A stretch of DNA of 48,472 nucleotides. Origin: a virus (Duplodnaviria; Caudoviricetes). How positions within the stretch are numbered: the stretch's first letter is position 1; each line of letters begins with the position of its first letter. The DNA lies in IMG/VR virus record IMGVR_UViG_3300044512_004270, positions 1-48,472 of that record; one strand, given 5' to 3'. Positions 29,701-38,756 of this stretch are shown here, in pieces. The notes below the pieces were generated by a model, which did no database searches, was not told the DNA's origin, and worked only from the letters and a program-made list of their open reading frames with translations. A program made the position numbers and the translations under genes.

Positions 29701-32027
29701 TCAAGAATATAAATTGTACCCGCCATTGCACTATGAACGGAACAGTTATAATATAAAGTATCCGGAGCGTCCATTTGTACAGTAAGAGTAACTGTACCAG
29801 TTGCGGCACCATTATTCGTTACTCCATCGCTGTAAGCATTGCTCGTTCCAGTTCCACTTACTGTTTTAATGTAGAATGGATGACCAGAAGCATTTACAAC
29901 AAACTCGTATGTTTGACCGCGAGTTAAATATAAAGTTGGATTCGAGTCTGAAGAAGTACCCGAGCCTGTAAATACATATGCGCTCGAAGCATTGTTAATT
30001 ATACTAAATCTACCGGCAACAGGGTCGGAATTAACCCAAGCACTTCCGTTATATCGAAGCAATTCTCCTGCTGCGGCACTTGTAATTGTTACGTCGGAAA
30101 GACTTCCAATGTTTTCACCAGTAATACCAGTTAGATAGGTTCCTAAGTCACTGATTTGAGACTCTGTAATCGAAAGAGCCGCTTGATGTTGAGTAACACT
30201 ACTCTGGGTGATATTTGCATTAGGTACGTTAGCCCATGTAACTGATGCGGTTAAATCATTAGTCTCTGCAGTTAGATAACTAGAAAGGTCTGGAGGAGTA
30301 TAGGTAAATACACCATTTGAGTATGAAAGAGCTGCTGTACCTGCGGAGTTTGTAGTTACACTTAAGTCGGCAGGCTGTAAAGCGCTATCTGCTAATGTAC
30401 CTTGAGAAGAAGTTGCTAATCCTGCTTCTGCCGCAGTTTGATTAATCCAAGTACTAGAAGTACTATCATATGCTAGAACTTCATTATCGGCCACGTTTGT
30501 AACAGTTATATCAGACAAGCCACCCACAGATATGGATGTTAAATAAGTATTTGTATCTACAGTATAGGTGCCAGCACCTGTTCGCTTCATGAAGCCGTTA
30601 GCTGTAAAGTCGCCATCCATAACGGCGCCTGCTGCAGCTACATTTGTTGCATCTGTAACGTCTGCATTGGCTTCAATTCCGTCTAATTTAGTACCATCAG
30701 TAGCTAAGTCTCTTCCATCTACGGTTCCAGATACTGTAATATTTCCAGTAACATCTACTGCATGGCTAAATTCGAATTTGTCTCCGGTCGCGTCCCATAA
30801 AATTGTAGCGTCTGTAGTAGAATTTACTGCATCTTGAATTGTAATACCAGCACCATCTGCACTTGCAGAAGAGTCTCCAGTGCTATAATTAATAGTAATA
30901 TTTTTATCTTCTACACTTAATGTTGCTGTTTCAAGAGTTGTAGTTGTTCCTTGAACTGTAAGATTTCCTGTAATTGTGGCATTTCCTACAGTAATATTAT
31001 TAGTTGTAGAGCTTCCTCGTCCCGTTACAGAATCTAGTGTGTCTGTTTCTGTATAGCTTGTTAAATAAGTTTGAAGGTCACTGATGTCTGCTTCGACTAG
31101 CGCCCTTGCTACTGCTTGATTACTGGCGTTTCCTATAAATACGTTGCCATTATTTAAATTTGGCGTGTCATTTGAACGACCTGCTCCAGAAATTAAAATC
31201 TCGCCGCTTGCCGCGTTAATCTTTATTGCTCTGCCAAAATTTTGAATTAATGCAGATTGTCCTGTTGGCTTTGTTGCGGTCAACGCCCCAGAGGTTCCAA
31301 CATACAAAACATCCCCCGCAGAAAAGGCGCTTGTATCTAGCTGTTTCACAAAACCAGAAACCGCTATTTTTCCTGTGCCCGCGTTTGCTATGTCAGCAAT
31401 GACAAGGCCCACAGCGGGCATGGTAGAAGCGGAAGTATTGGTAGCCGCCGCTACGCTGATGTTAGTCCCTTGTACGCCGGTCTGATAAACCACTGTACCT
31501 TTTGACAAAGTGGAGCCAGTGCCGTTGTACGCAGTGATCTCCATAACTTCTGAGGTTATAGTTAGCTCATTATTTACATCGTCATAATCAAGATCAATTC
31601 CGTTACCAGCTTGTAATAAAGTACTAACTTCATCATCAACTGCTTCGCTAAAATCGGTTACTTGAGTGCTTGTAATGCTTAAAGCTGCTTGATGCTGAGT
31701 TACACTACTTTCTGTAATGTTTGCATTCGGTACATTCGCCCATGTAACTGATGCAGTTAAGTCGTTAACCTCTGAGGTGAGATAGCTAGAAAGGTCTGGA
31801 GGAGTGTAAGTAAAGACTCCAGTACTGTTTGAATATGTAAGAGCTGCAGTACCCGCAGAGTTTGTAGTTACTGAAAGATCAGTAAGAGCAATTCCTCCCG
31901 ATTGTACAACCCAGTCATAGTCTGAACCAGTGTAACTAAGAACTTCGTTTGCTGCCGCAGTACTGGTATTGATATGGCTATCTATATCAGCATTAAAAAT
32001 ATTAGTATTAAGTACGGTTTTTGCCAT
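26718..32027 (-). CDS. Large modular fibre protein (repeats, cupredoxin-like domain, three LamG domains)
   Basis: 1769 aa; internal repeats; YYNCSVHSAMAG motif; C-terminal half paralogous to the two downstream LamG genes. Confidence 0.85.
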   Translation of the reverse strand: MAKTVLNTNIFNADIDSHINTSTAAANEVLSYTGSDYDWVVQSGGIALTDLSVTTNSAGTAALTYSNSTGVFTYTPPDLSSYLTSEVNDLTASVTWANVPNANITESSVTQHQAALSITSTQVTDFSEAVDDEVSTLLQAGNGIDLDYDDVNNELTITSEVMEITAYNGTGSTLSKGTVVYQTGVQGTNISVAAATNTSASTMPAVGLVIADIANAGTGKIAVSGFVKQLDTSAFSAGDVLYVGTSGALTATKPTGQSALIQNFGRAIKINAASGEILISGAGRSNDTPNLNNGNVFIGNASNQAVARALVEADISDLQTYLTSYTETDTLDSVTGRGSSTTNNITVGNATITGNLTVQGTTTTLETATLSVEDKNITINYSTGDSSASADGAGITIQDAVNSTTDATILWDATGDKFEFSHAVDVTGNITVSGTVDGRDLATDGTKLDGIEANADVTDATNVAAAGAVMDGDFTANGFMKRTGAGTYTVDTNTYLTSISVGGLSDITVTNVADNEVLAYDSTSSTWINQTAAEAGLATSSQGTLADSALQPADLSVTTNSAGTAALSYSNGVFTYTPPDLSSYLTAETNDLTASVTWANVPNANITQSSVTQHQAALSITESQISDLGTYLTGITGENIGSLSDVTITSAAAGELLRYNGSAWVNSDPVAGRFSIINNASSAYVFTGSGTSSDSNPTLYLTRGQTYEFVVNASGHPFYIKTVSGTGTSNAYSDGVTNNGAATGTVTLTVQMDAPDTLYYNCSVHSAMAGTIYILDSTIALSDFSVTTNSAGTAALSYSNGVFTYTPPDLSSYLTGITGQSIENLSDVNTMTPTDGQVLTWDNANSRWDAASPSGGSYSDSSVDSHLNTSTATANQVLSWTGSDYDWVAQSGGGGGGASVTSSDTAPSSPSAGDLWYDTTTLRLYVYYNDGSSSQWVKANPSGSSGALVQESAPTNPAAGNLWFDPSTLETYVYYNDGDSNQWVQTNPAASSAGTTVYSSVDDLPLSGVETGAQAFVSSTSRLYLWNGTGWYNIALINTTPSISGASSAYTLATDGTATTVTITATDPEGLPITYSIVSDTSGNIATVAQGTGASSNVFTITPSTSAANAGTFSLTFRASDGVNIATAASSFTLQFQIPNSHYTHALVTSVGANNADNNDFVDSSTNSHTITASGDVTQNTFSPYRSGGHSLYFDGVNVMDLGFSTLNSGNWTFECWALCETGETILGKYNGGNQLEAFAISGTTGYMYTHTGVGVEAPTCNTDLRDGKWHYLVWERYNGTYYYWADGSAEASFANTEAPSGGGNWLMGGVASGRFKGYVKEARFSLSTAVYSGNAPTTPTEPQTTSNATDAFFTGVGTEIKDYSSNNRTFNTSTTQLRPSSPYDYEEYSSSSNGGSIAFDGTGDYLKVASSSTFNLYNTAFTIEGWFYATAPASAEHVFASYIDASNRESLYFSNSTTLNWWVNGSTRISATVTANKWYHVAIVDNGGTTTMYINGASEGTWTSSYTDGNRLAWIGTYNDAATATDSFTGFISDWRIVKGTAVYTSAFTPPTAPLTAITNTQLLVSGTNAGIIDKSQTINSMTLTGGTKSSTTQSKFLTSSIYFDGVDDMITFPRFNITAGEDFTIEFWHYLTARVDSYPAFFGNYTTWTTGTLQFFAGHGGSTTTQYQLAHNGSFPAINAGTVNYNQWVHVAIARYNGTITVYIDGSSIGTVASSVALDGNGTSFFVGRSSDSADGHIQGYLSDFRVTRGLARYTANFTPPTASLKG

Positions 32028-32248
32028 TATACGCTCTCAGCTAACATTATACCTAGGGTGACAACGAGTCCTCCAAGAAAGAGTATTGCAGCCCCTGCTG
32101 CATGAATTATTTTGCCTTCAATGCGCGTGAGAGTTTCGTCAATTTCTTCAAGACGATTAAATGTAGTTTTCCATCGTTCTTCACACTGGGCATCATGTCG
32201 TGACATAAAGATTTCCAGGTCATGAACTTTATCTTCAAGATTCTCCAT
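32027..32248 (-). CDS. Small coiled-coil + C-terminal TM protein
   Basis: RHDAQCEERW coiled coil, hydrophobic C-terminus. Confidence 0.7.
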   Translation of the reverse strand: MENLEDKVHDLEIFMSRHDAQCEERWKTTFNRLEEIDETLTRIEGKIIHAAGAAILFLGGLVVTLGIMLAESV

Positions 32249-32696
32249 TTAGCAGCTTGTCCATCAACTTTCCATAGTTGCCTTGGCCAAATGGAAGACT
32301 ACCGTCATTTATTTGCACATTATTTTGAGTGCGAATATTGGTAGTTGCTTTTTCAGCGTCCGCCTGGGCCTTAATCTCATCCATTCTCATTTTATGGGCC
32401 ATCTGCAACAGGTCTGCCAAATCTTTATTTGAATACATTCCTGATTCTTGGGCTTCTTCGAGCTTGGATGCAATTATCTCGTCTAAGGCAGAAGCAATAT
32501 TATTTTTATTGCGAAATCCCATGTCAAGATAAACAGTGTCGATATACTTTTTAACTTCTCGCTTGTTTAAAGCTTCTACAACTTTGTTCTCAGTGACCTG
32601 GAGATGCTGGCAAACACCGCGAATATTCCCGAACTGCAAATATGAATTTGCAATTTCAAGTCCTTCTGGAGAAATTGTAGTTACTTCCTTACTCAT
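32235..32696 (-). CDS. terS: Terminase small subunit (T5-like)
   Basis: SPEGLEIANSYLQ..GFRNKN..LDEII..KLEE..KDLADLLQMAHKMRMDE..QNNVQI..NYGKL closely follows the T5 TerS pattern as I recall it. Confidence 0.85.
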   Translation of the reverse strand: MSKEVTTISPEGLEIANSYLQFGNIRGVCQHLQVTENKVVEALNKREVKKYIDTVYLDMGFRNKNNIASALDEIIASKLEEAQESGMYSNKDLADLLQMAHKMRMDEIKAQADAEKATTNIRTQNNVQINDGSLPFGQGNYGKLMDKLLNGES

Positions 32697-32703
32697 AACC
32701 TGT

Positions 32704-32732
32704 ATTCTACTTCAAAAGGGTTAAAATGTCAA
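32704..32732 (-). promoter_or_regulatory. sigma70 promoter for terS-fibre-terL operon
   Basis: Minus strand TTGACA-17nt-TAGAAT. Confidence 0.8.
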
Positions 32733-32763
32733 GGTATATTTTTGTGAGGGTATCGAAAAAACT

Positions 32764-33279
32764 TTATGGAAGGGGTGTGACTTCTAAAATACTACCGTCT
32801 GGGGGCTCTGGCCACTCTATTTGACTAAGAGTTGTTGTCCCCACTTGAACACTAGGAAGATCTCGCAGTTGATTTCTATAGTTTCTCCAGCCTGCTTTTA
32901 CGGACTCGTCTAAGTTATTATCCGCAATTTGTGTCCAGTCACTCTCTGTTAGTTTTTTATTCCTCTCTGCCCTTACTGCAGTCCAAAAGTCTTCGCTGTT
33001 AAATACCCACGATTCTGAACCAGTATCCCAAATATGGCTAGGAGTAGGCCGAGGGCCTCTATGAACCCATTGTTCATCTTTTCTATAATACTCTTCATGA
33101 ATTTGTAAATTGTCTATATCTTCCCAGCCTTGTGAAGGGATCCAAACTACTTCTTTAACTGGCGAGCTTCCTTGGACTATTCCTTGCTCAGGTAAGTTTG
33201 CTCCGGGGGCTGTACCTACACTTTCGATTACGCCTGTTGCAACATCCACAGTTGCGATATATTTTATTATTAATGCCAT
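32764..33279 (-). CDS. Tail fibre assembly chaperone-like protein
   Basis: VRAERNKKLTESDWTQ..WRNYRNQLRDLP..IEWPEPP. Confidence 0.8.
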   Translation of the reverse strand: MALIIKYIATVDVATGVIESVGTAPGANLPEQGIVQGSSPVKEVVWIPSQGWEDIDNLQIHEEYYRKDEQWVHRGPRPTPSHIWDTGSESWVFNSEDFWTAVRAERNKKLTESDWTQIADNNLDESVKAGWRNYRNQLRDLPSVQVGTTTLSQIEWPEPPDGSILEVTPLP

Positions 33280-33285
33280 GGTAAA

Positions 33286-33921
33286 TTATCCTCTTACTGA
33301 AGCGACTAAGACACTTCCCATATTTGGTATACTTGCAGTGCCAAAAATTCCAAGATTTAAATTACTACTAAAAGTTATAGAGTTACTTCCATAATTAAAG
33401 CACCCCCAAGTTCCTGAGCTTGCGCTATAAAACATATGACCAATAGAAACATAAAAATCGCTTATGCTTTCACCGGAAGGCGCGGTGTATACAGTAGCTT
33501 GGTGAGTGAGCTCTTTATCATCATAAATGTATTTAATATTTATGGAGCTATTAGCTCTTCTAGTAGAAAAAGTTACATTTGAATTACTATCATATATTTC
33601 CAAGCCATAATCTCCAGAAACTATATTTCCCACTGAAGAAGTTTTTCTCCCAATAAAATATCCTGTAGACTGATTAGGGCTAAAAGTTTTAGTTGTACTT
33701 GTAGGATAAGACATATTTCCATATAAGTTACCTGAATTTACTTTTACAAATATAAGATCATCATTATTTACAGTTATTGCACTCGAAGTAGTTCCTACTC
33801 CAGGTGTTAGCGTGCTTACATTAAAATAATAAGGGTTTAATGTTACAGCAGCTCCAGAATTAAAATCTGAATCAAAAATTAATTGATTATTTGCCCCATA
33901 AAATTCTATTCCATATCCCAT
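33286..33921 (-). CDS. Tail tip accessory protein
   Basis: Tandem YGIEFY..LIFDS / YGLEIYDS..TFST motifs. Confidence 0.6.
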   Translation of the reverse strand: MGYGIEFYGANNQLIFDSDFNSGAAVTLNPYYFNVSTLTPGVGTTSSAITVNNDDLIFVKVNSGNLYGNMSYPTSTTKTFSPNQSTGYFIGRKTSSVGNIVSGDYGLEIYDSNSNVTFSTRRANSSINIKYIYDDKELTHQATVYTAPSGESISDFYVSIGHMFYSASSGTWGCFNYGSNSITFSSNLNLGIFGTASIPNMGSVLVASVRG

Positions 33922-33922
33922 T

Positions 33923-36574
33923 TTAGTACCTCACCAACTCTATTACAGCTACTCCTGAGGTACTAGAACTTGTATCATTAGTATTTTTTGTTACTGTTAT
34001 TCCTCCAAGAGCCGAAGACCTTCGTGTTATAGTAGGAGAGCTGTACAAGGCGCCGCTCCAAGTTACAAGAAATCCTGTTTCTGTTTTTTCGCTGCAGTCA
34101 AAATTAGTAAACATTGTTTTAGAAGATTGACTATTTGTATTTATACTATCACTAGCTAAAAAATTTGTTAAACGAGAAGTATCATCAATTATTGTTTGTG
34201 TACCTGTTGAATTTCGTATTTCAAGTCCATATGTATTAGCAGAGCCTCCTCCCGTACCTCCTCCCGTACCTCCACCGCCAGGATTAGAAGTATCTACTAC
34301 GGTTGTGCTACTTGAAGGAGACCCCGTAGAATCACCATTACTATCAGTGGCAGCTAGAGTTAGAGTTGCTGTTTTATTTCCATCTGCAACATTATCATTA
34401 ACAATATTAAAAACTACAGTAGCTGAGTTAGCCTGAATCGTTGCAGGCGAGGAATCATTAGTAGTATAATCTCCTGATTGCAGCCCGGATAATGTCCATG
34501 CAACAGTTGTTCCATTTGTTACACTTGTTGTTGTTATAGTAAATGTTAATGATTGCCCTTCATTTACAGAATTTGGGGAAGATACGCTGTAAGAAGTTGC
34601 GGGCTGTCTAAATAATCTTCTTACTTGAGATCCATCAACACTTACCCACACTGAATCAGCAGTGCTCGGGTCTCCTCCAGATGCCGGCAAGCGTCTTCCT
34701 TCAAATTCATATTCCCAAGTCTGCCCTGCTGCAGGAAGCTCAGAGTAGTTTCCTCCACCACTATTCATTTCGAGCACAAAGGTACCACTTGTTCCATTTC
34801 GGGTGTCTAGCCAACGATTTTGAGTGTCATATGAAACTACTCTATATTGATCTACTGAGCCCCCGTCAGAGTAAGGTATAAGTATATTATCGCCTGCAGA
34901 AGTTCCATAAGAGTTCGGAATTACATAAACTCCTGATACATTTGCACTTAATTGACTCCCATTTTTATCTGTAGGTAACCCAATAGTAATTGTATTGTCA
35001 GAGATTGGTAGATATGGAACAGCAATTGCACTATCAGTACGATCTTCGTAACCTGCTCCGCGGCGAGCCCAAAAATAGTAGGAAGTTCCTCGACTTACAC
35101 TCACTGTTGCACTTGTTTGCCACCCACTTGTAGGAACAGTTGTACTTGTAGTTACATTATATTCGAGTGTTCCATTTGTGCCGGAGCTTGTGAGTGCAAT
35201 CGTACAAGTAGTAGTTGCAGACTCAGTTCCTGCAAAAGTCTGCGTATTACTAACTACAGGCGCTGTAGGAGTTGCGGGAGGATCTGTAATTAAAAAAGTA
35301 TCTTCTGCATGTATGTAATTTAAAGAATTAAAGGTATTATTAATATACAATTTTACTGTTGCGGTTTCATTTCCTTCTGTAATACCGTCCGATGTAGGAG
35401 TCACGCCAAATGTACTTGTAAATATCTGTCCTGTAGAAGTCGCAAAGTCTCCGCCACTTGCTGTTGTAACTTGGTAATAAATTGGCCCCAATCCATTTGT
35501 GGCGCTATTCGAAAAGTTTCCTTGTGTGCCTTCTTGTATTGAAGTTGGTGCAGTTACAGAATAAGTAGGAAGAGTTGTAGAGCTTGTTCCGCTATAAACA
35601 AAAGTCGAACCGTCTATAGTTGCTCGTGCTTGACAAGTCCAAGTTGTTCCAACCCACTCTGTACCAACCCCTAAAGTTTGATTGGAAGTATAGCCAGTAG
35701 AGTATGATCCTTGACTGTTTTGCCCACCTCCCGTTGTACTCCATTGATAAGTAACTGTACCCGAAGTAGTGCCTGTTGGATTTGAATAAAGTCCAAACCC
35801 ATTTGGAATAATTGCTTTTGTAGCAGATACAGTGGGAGCTTGAGCTGCTGGAGCAGATACAGTGTAAGAGTACCCTAAATATTGACTATTCTGTCCATAA
35901 AGATTTGCTGCATAAATGTAAAAAGTACTCGAACCAGAACTAGGTAATCCATTTGTAATTGTAGCAGTAACACCATCTGTAGAAAAAGGCTTGCTCGTAG
36001 CTGTAGTCCAAGTTCTTGCTATATAACGAGAGTCTCCTCCAGCTCGTAAAGCATCTAAGTAACTACCATTGGCAATATTTGAGACGCTAAAAACATAGTA
36101 AATTGTACCTGCACCGCCTCCAGTTAAGCCATTCGCGTAAGATGTAGCACCTGAGGTTAAAGAAATACTGGTGCTGTTTAAGCTAATAGTAGTATCTAAG
36201 TTTACATTTACTTGGACTCGAGCTCTCCAACCTACAGAACTTCCTCCATTTGAAGGTTGACACCAAAAGCTTACAAGTCCATCAGTTGTTACACCAGAAA
36301 CAGTCGCATTAATTGTAGTATTACTACTTGAATAAGTAGTTCCAGGAAAGCTAAGTGTTCCTCCAGTTTGAGTAGTGCCATTCGGTGAAAAACCGTAGTT
36401 TGAAGTGCCAGCAGCTCCTGTTGTACTTCCACTACGAATGGGAATAATTACATTGTCACCATAATTTACTGTAACAGTTGTAAATCCTGCCGATCCATTT
36501 GTAGATGAAGGATAAGTTCCACTTAAAGTAGAAAGCGGCTGAAGTATTACAGTGCTGGTGGTTACATTCGCCAT
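33923..36574 (-). CDS. Putative receptor-binding/tail tip protein with Ig/Calx-beta-like domains
   Basis: Thr/Ser-rich beta domains (SVNEGQSLTFTITT..DNVADGNKTATLTL); C-terminal YGLEIRN motif; occupies the T5 pb5 position upstream of terS. Confidence 0.6.
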   Translation of the reverse strand: MANVTTSTVILQPLSTLSGTYPSSTNGSAGFTTVTVNYGDNVIIPIRSGSTTGAAGTSNYGFSPNGTTQTGGTLSFPGTTYSSSNTTINATVSGVTTDGLVSFWCQPSNGGSSVGWRARVQVNVNLDTTISLNSTSISLTSGATSYANGLTGGGAGTIYYVFSVSNIANGSYLDALRAGGDSRYIARTWTTATSKPFSTDGVTATITNGLPSSGSSTFYIYAANLYGQNSQYLGYSYTVSAPAAQAPTVSATKAIIPNGFGLYSNPTGTTSGTVTYQWSTTGGGQNSQGSYSTGYTSNQTLGVGTEWVGTTWTCQARATIDGSTFVYSGTSSTTLPTYSVTAPTSIQEGTQGNFSNSATNGLGPIYYQVTTASGGDFATSTGQIFTSTFGVTPTSDGITEGNETATVKLYINNTFNSLNYIHAEDTFLITDPPATPTAPVVSNTQTFAGTESATTTCTIALTSSGTNGTLEYNVTTSTTVPTSGWQTSATVSVSRGTSYYFWARRGAGYEDRTDSAIAVPYLPISDNTITIGLPTDKNGSQLSANVSGVYVIPNSYGTSAGDNILIPYSDGGSVDQYRVVSYDTQNRWLDTRNGTSGTFVLEMNSGGGNYSELPAAGQTWEYEFEGRRLPASGGDPSTADSVWVSVDGSQVRRLFRQPATSYSVSSPNSVNEGQSLTFTITTTSVTNGTTVAWTLSGLQSGDYTTNDSSPATIQANSATVVFNIVNDNVADGNKTATLTLAATDSNGDSTGSPSSSTTVVDTSNPGGGGTGGGTGGGSANTYGLEIRNSTGTQTIIDDTSRLTNFLASDSINTNSQSSKTMFTNFDCSEKTETGFLVTWSGALYSSPTITRRSSALGGITVTKNTNDTSSSTSGVAVIELVRY

Positions 36575-36578
36575 TTAA

Positions 36579-36875
36579 TTAAGCCCAAGGAAGCTCTTGG
36601 CCTTTTTCTGTAGAATCTGCAAGTTCATTTAGGTATACTTCTACTGCGGAACCTCGAGAAGCATCTATAGAAAGCCATAGATCTACTGCCCATTCTTTTG
36701 TTATATCGTCAAAAGCAACATAAGTATGCCCTTCTGAAGGTAAGGGTACTTGAAAGCAAGTGTAATGTACTGGCCCCGCTAAATGTTTTGCCCTTAAATG
36801 TATAAAATTTACGAGCTTTGGGTATTCAGGGTACTCATTCGTATACTCCAAGCTTTCGATAGTCCAAGTTATCAT
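36579..36875 (-). CDS. Hypothetical virion-associated protein
   Basis: ITWTIESLE..YVAFDDITKEW..LPW pattern. Confidence 0.65.
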   Translation of the reverse strand: MITWTIESLEYTNEYPEYPKLVNFIHLRAKHLAGPVHYTCFQVPLPSEGHTYVAFDDITKEWAVDLWLSIDASRGSAVEVYLNELADSTEKGQELPWA

Positions 36876-36876
36876 A

Positions 36877-37488
36877 TTATCCCCACTGCTCAGCCATAGC
36901 GAGAGCTATGCCCATATAAGTTAATGAACGTTCTTTTGCTCGGTTGGGAGTGTTTGGTGTGTTGTCCCGACCACAGTCATACTGATTACTCCATCGCTGG
37001 TACTTACGACCAGATGGAGACTGAATTATTCGTGGCGGAATCATGTCGGTAGGTTCAAGTTTAGCCAAGCCTCTCATCCATAGCCCTGTTTTCTTGCTAG
37101 CATCATCTCCAAACATATAGGGATGAATATATTGAGGCTTGGGCATAAACTTGAGTCGAGTGTTGATACAACCTACTGGATTCTCAATAGCCACTTTTGG
37201 TATTGGTGCCTTCCAAAGGGTCGTAATAAACTTTAGCGCATCTTCTGTTTTAAGTGCTCGCTCCGGTCTCTTTTTATTCCAGTGCAAGCCTGAAGATGCT
37301 AAATATGTGCAGGGAGGATGAGCAATCATCAAATCCCAGTTGTCGTTCAATATGTCCAGGACATTGCCCTGGTAGTGAGGACCTTCACTCTCTGTCGGTA
37401 ATATATCACACGACATAGCGAAATGCCCACGCGCAGTAAATGCGTCTCGTACTCTTCCCGAATATTCACAGGCCACCAATACTCTCAT
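36877..37488 (-). CDS. DNA cytosine methyltransferase (short phage type)
   Basis: VLVACEYSG, SCD, WDLMIAHPPCT (catalytic PC), IENP, ERSLTY.GIA.AMAEQW. Confidence 0.85.
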   Translation of the reverse strand: MRVLVACEYSGRVRDAFTARGHFAMSCDILPTESEGPHYQGNVLDILNDNWDLMIAHPPCTYLASSGLHWNKKRPERALKTEDALKFITTLWKAPIPKVAIENPVGCINTRLKFMPKPQYIHPYMFGDDASKKTGLWMRGLAKLEPTDMIPPRIIQSPSGRKYQRWSNQYDCGRDNTPNTPNRAKERSLTYMGIALAMAEQWG

Positions 37489-37513
37489 TTAATTCTCCAA
37501 ATTTTAAGAGTAT

Positions 37514-37543
37514 ATTATAGCCTCATAATACCTTGAATGTCAA
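37514..37543 (-). promoter_or_regulatory. sigma70 promoter
   Basis: Minus strand TTGACA-18nt-TATAAT. Confidence 0.8.
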
Positions 37544-37552
37544 GAAATATTT

Positions 37553-38020
37553 TTAATGTGCTATTATACTTATGAAGGCGATTCCGATACCTATGACTAC
37601 CGCCAGTCCTGCTGTAACTGCGGCTGCATCAATCCAGAAGGCTTTTCTTTCTGCTGCGGCTTTTGCTGCTTCGGCACGAGCAAGACGAATTGCTCGTCGC
37701 TCTTTCATCATATCTTCGTAAAATTCGATCTGTCCAGTATAGAGAAGAAACTCTCGAAGTTCTTTTTCGATTGCCATAATTTTATGACGAGCGGCAGTAA
37801 CTTCGAGAGCCTGTGCCTCTACGCTGCTAGAGTTGAATAGTTTTCCTACAAAAGAAGGAGAGCTTGCTTTCATATTGGCTTCGGAAAGCTGGTCTTTGGC
37901 GTCAAAAAACTTTCCAAAGTATCCAACCATGTCTTCAACTTCTTGACCAGTTTCCATCGCTTTTTTAATTGCACCATATGCAGAACTAGCTAAGGATATT
38001 GCCGTAGCTATCTCAATCAT
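37553..38020 (-). CDS. Hypothetical membrane-anchored helical protein
   Basis: ORF track; C-terminal TM segment; has its own promoter. Confidence 0.75.
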   Translation of the reverse strand: MIEIATAISLASSAYGAIKKAMETGQEVEDMVGYFGKFFDAKDQLSEANMKASSPSFVGKLFNSSSVEAQALEVTAARHKIMAIEKELREFLLYTGQIEFYEDMMKERRAIRLARAEAAKAAAERKAFWIDAAAVTAGLAVVIGIGIAFISIIAH

Positions 38021-38081
38021 ATTAAAAATCCTGACAAAAAGTCCTTGGCTAAATTTTCTCCTTGAGGGTATTTTAGGTTAA

Positions 38082-38110
38082 ATTATATCGAGCTGGAGGT
38101 ACAATGTCAA
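38082..38110 (-). promoter_or_regulatory. sigma70 promoter
   Basis: Minus strand TTGACA-17nt-TATAAT. Confidence 0.8.
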
Positions 38111-38131
38111 GAAATTTTTTTAAGTAGGATT

Positions 38132-38713
38132 CTATAATTTAACTTCTAAGTGAGTTCCATAGACAGTTTGACGATACTCATAACCTTCCATTGCTTTGCG
38201 CTCTATAAAAGGAGTAATTTTCCAGTTACGATATTTGTATGTAATTCCCAGCTGGTCGCGAGCATCAAACTTTGTACCAGAATCTTTAAAGCTCCAGCGG
38301 GGTTGCCACTTTGCATAGAGATAGAGAGGCCCGTATAAGTGAGGAGTATACTCGCCAATAAAACGGTATCGCCAGTGTGATTCCTTGTTGTTGAAATGGC
38401 GATATTCCATACGTCCTTCAAAAACTAAGTCTTTGTACGAGAAAAACTCTCCTGTAAATTTTATGCGATTTTCCTGAGTATTTACTAAGTCTGCATAACG
38501 GTACATGACTTCAATAGGGCCTATTCGATTTCCTATTTCGATATGCTTTCCACCTTCACGATGACGAAAAGTATATTCCCAGTCTCCTTTTTTTGCTTTG
38601 TAATTATGTTCGGATTCATCTGCTAAAAGTAGCATTGGAAATAAAGTTGCAATTAGTGTGATAACTATTAAGCTGATTGTCAATCCCGTTTTTTCATATC
38701 GTGAAAGTGCCAT
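38132..38713 (-). CDS. Putative outer-membrane beta-barrel porin (KdgM/NanC-like size)
   Basis: Start ATG 38713 with AAGGAG; signal peptide (..PMLLLA/DES); alternating amphipathic strands rich in Arg/Tyr/Trp; terminal strand YGTHLEVKL. Confidence 0.65.
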   Translation of the reverse strand: MALSRYEKTGLTISLIVITLIATLFPMLLLADESEHNYKAKKGDWEYTFRHREGGKHIEIGNRIGPIEVMYRYADLVNTQENRIKFTGEFFSYKDLVFEGRMEYRHFNNKESHWRYRFIGEYTPHLYGPLYLYAKWQPRWSFKDSGTKFDARDQLGITYKYRNWKITPFIERKAMEGYEYRQTVYGTHLEVKL

Positions 38714-38756
38714 AAGAATCTCCTTTTGCTTGTGGAAATTTTTTACCACAGAACAT

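Noticed and set aside
20558-32027. Repeats as a diversity-generating retroelement or invertible shufflon
   Set aside because: No reverse transcriptase or invertase is in the window, the repeats are all direct and in-frame, and I saw no adenine-specific mismatch pattern.
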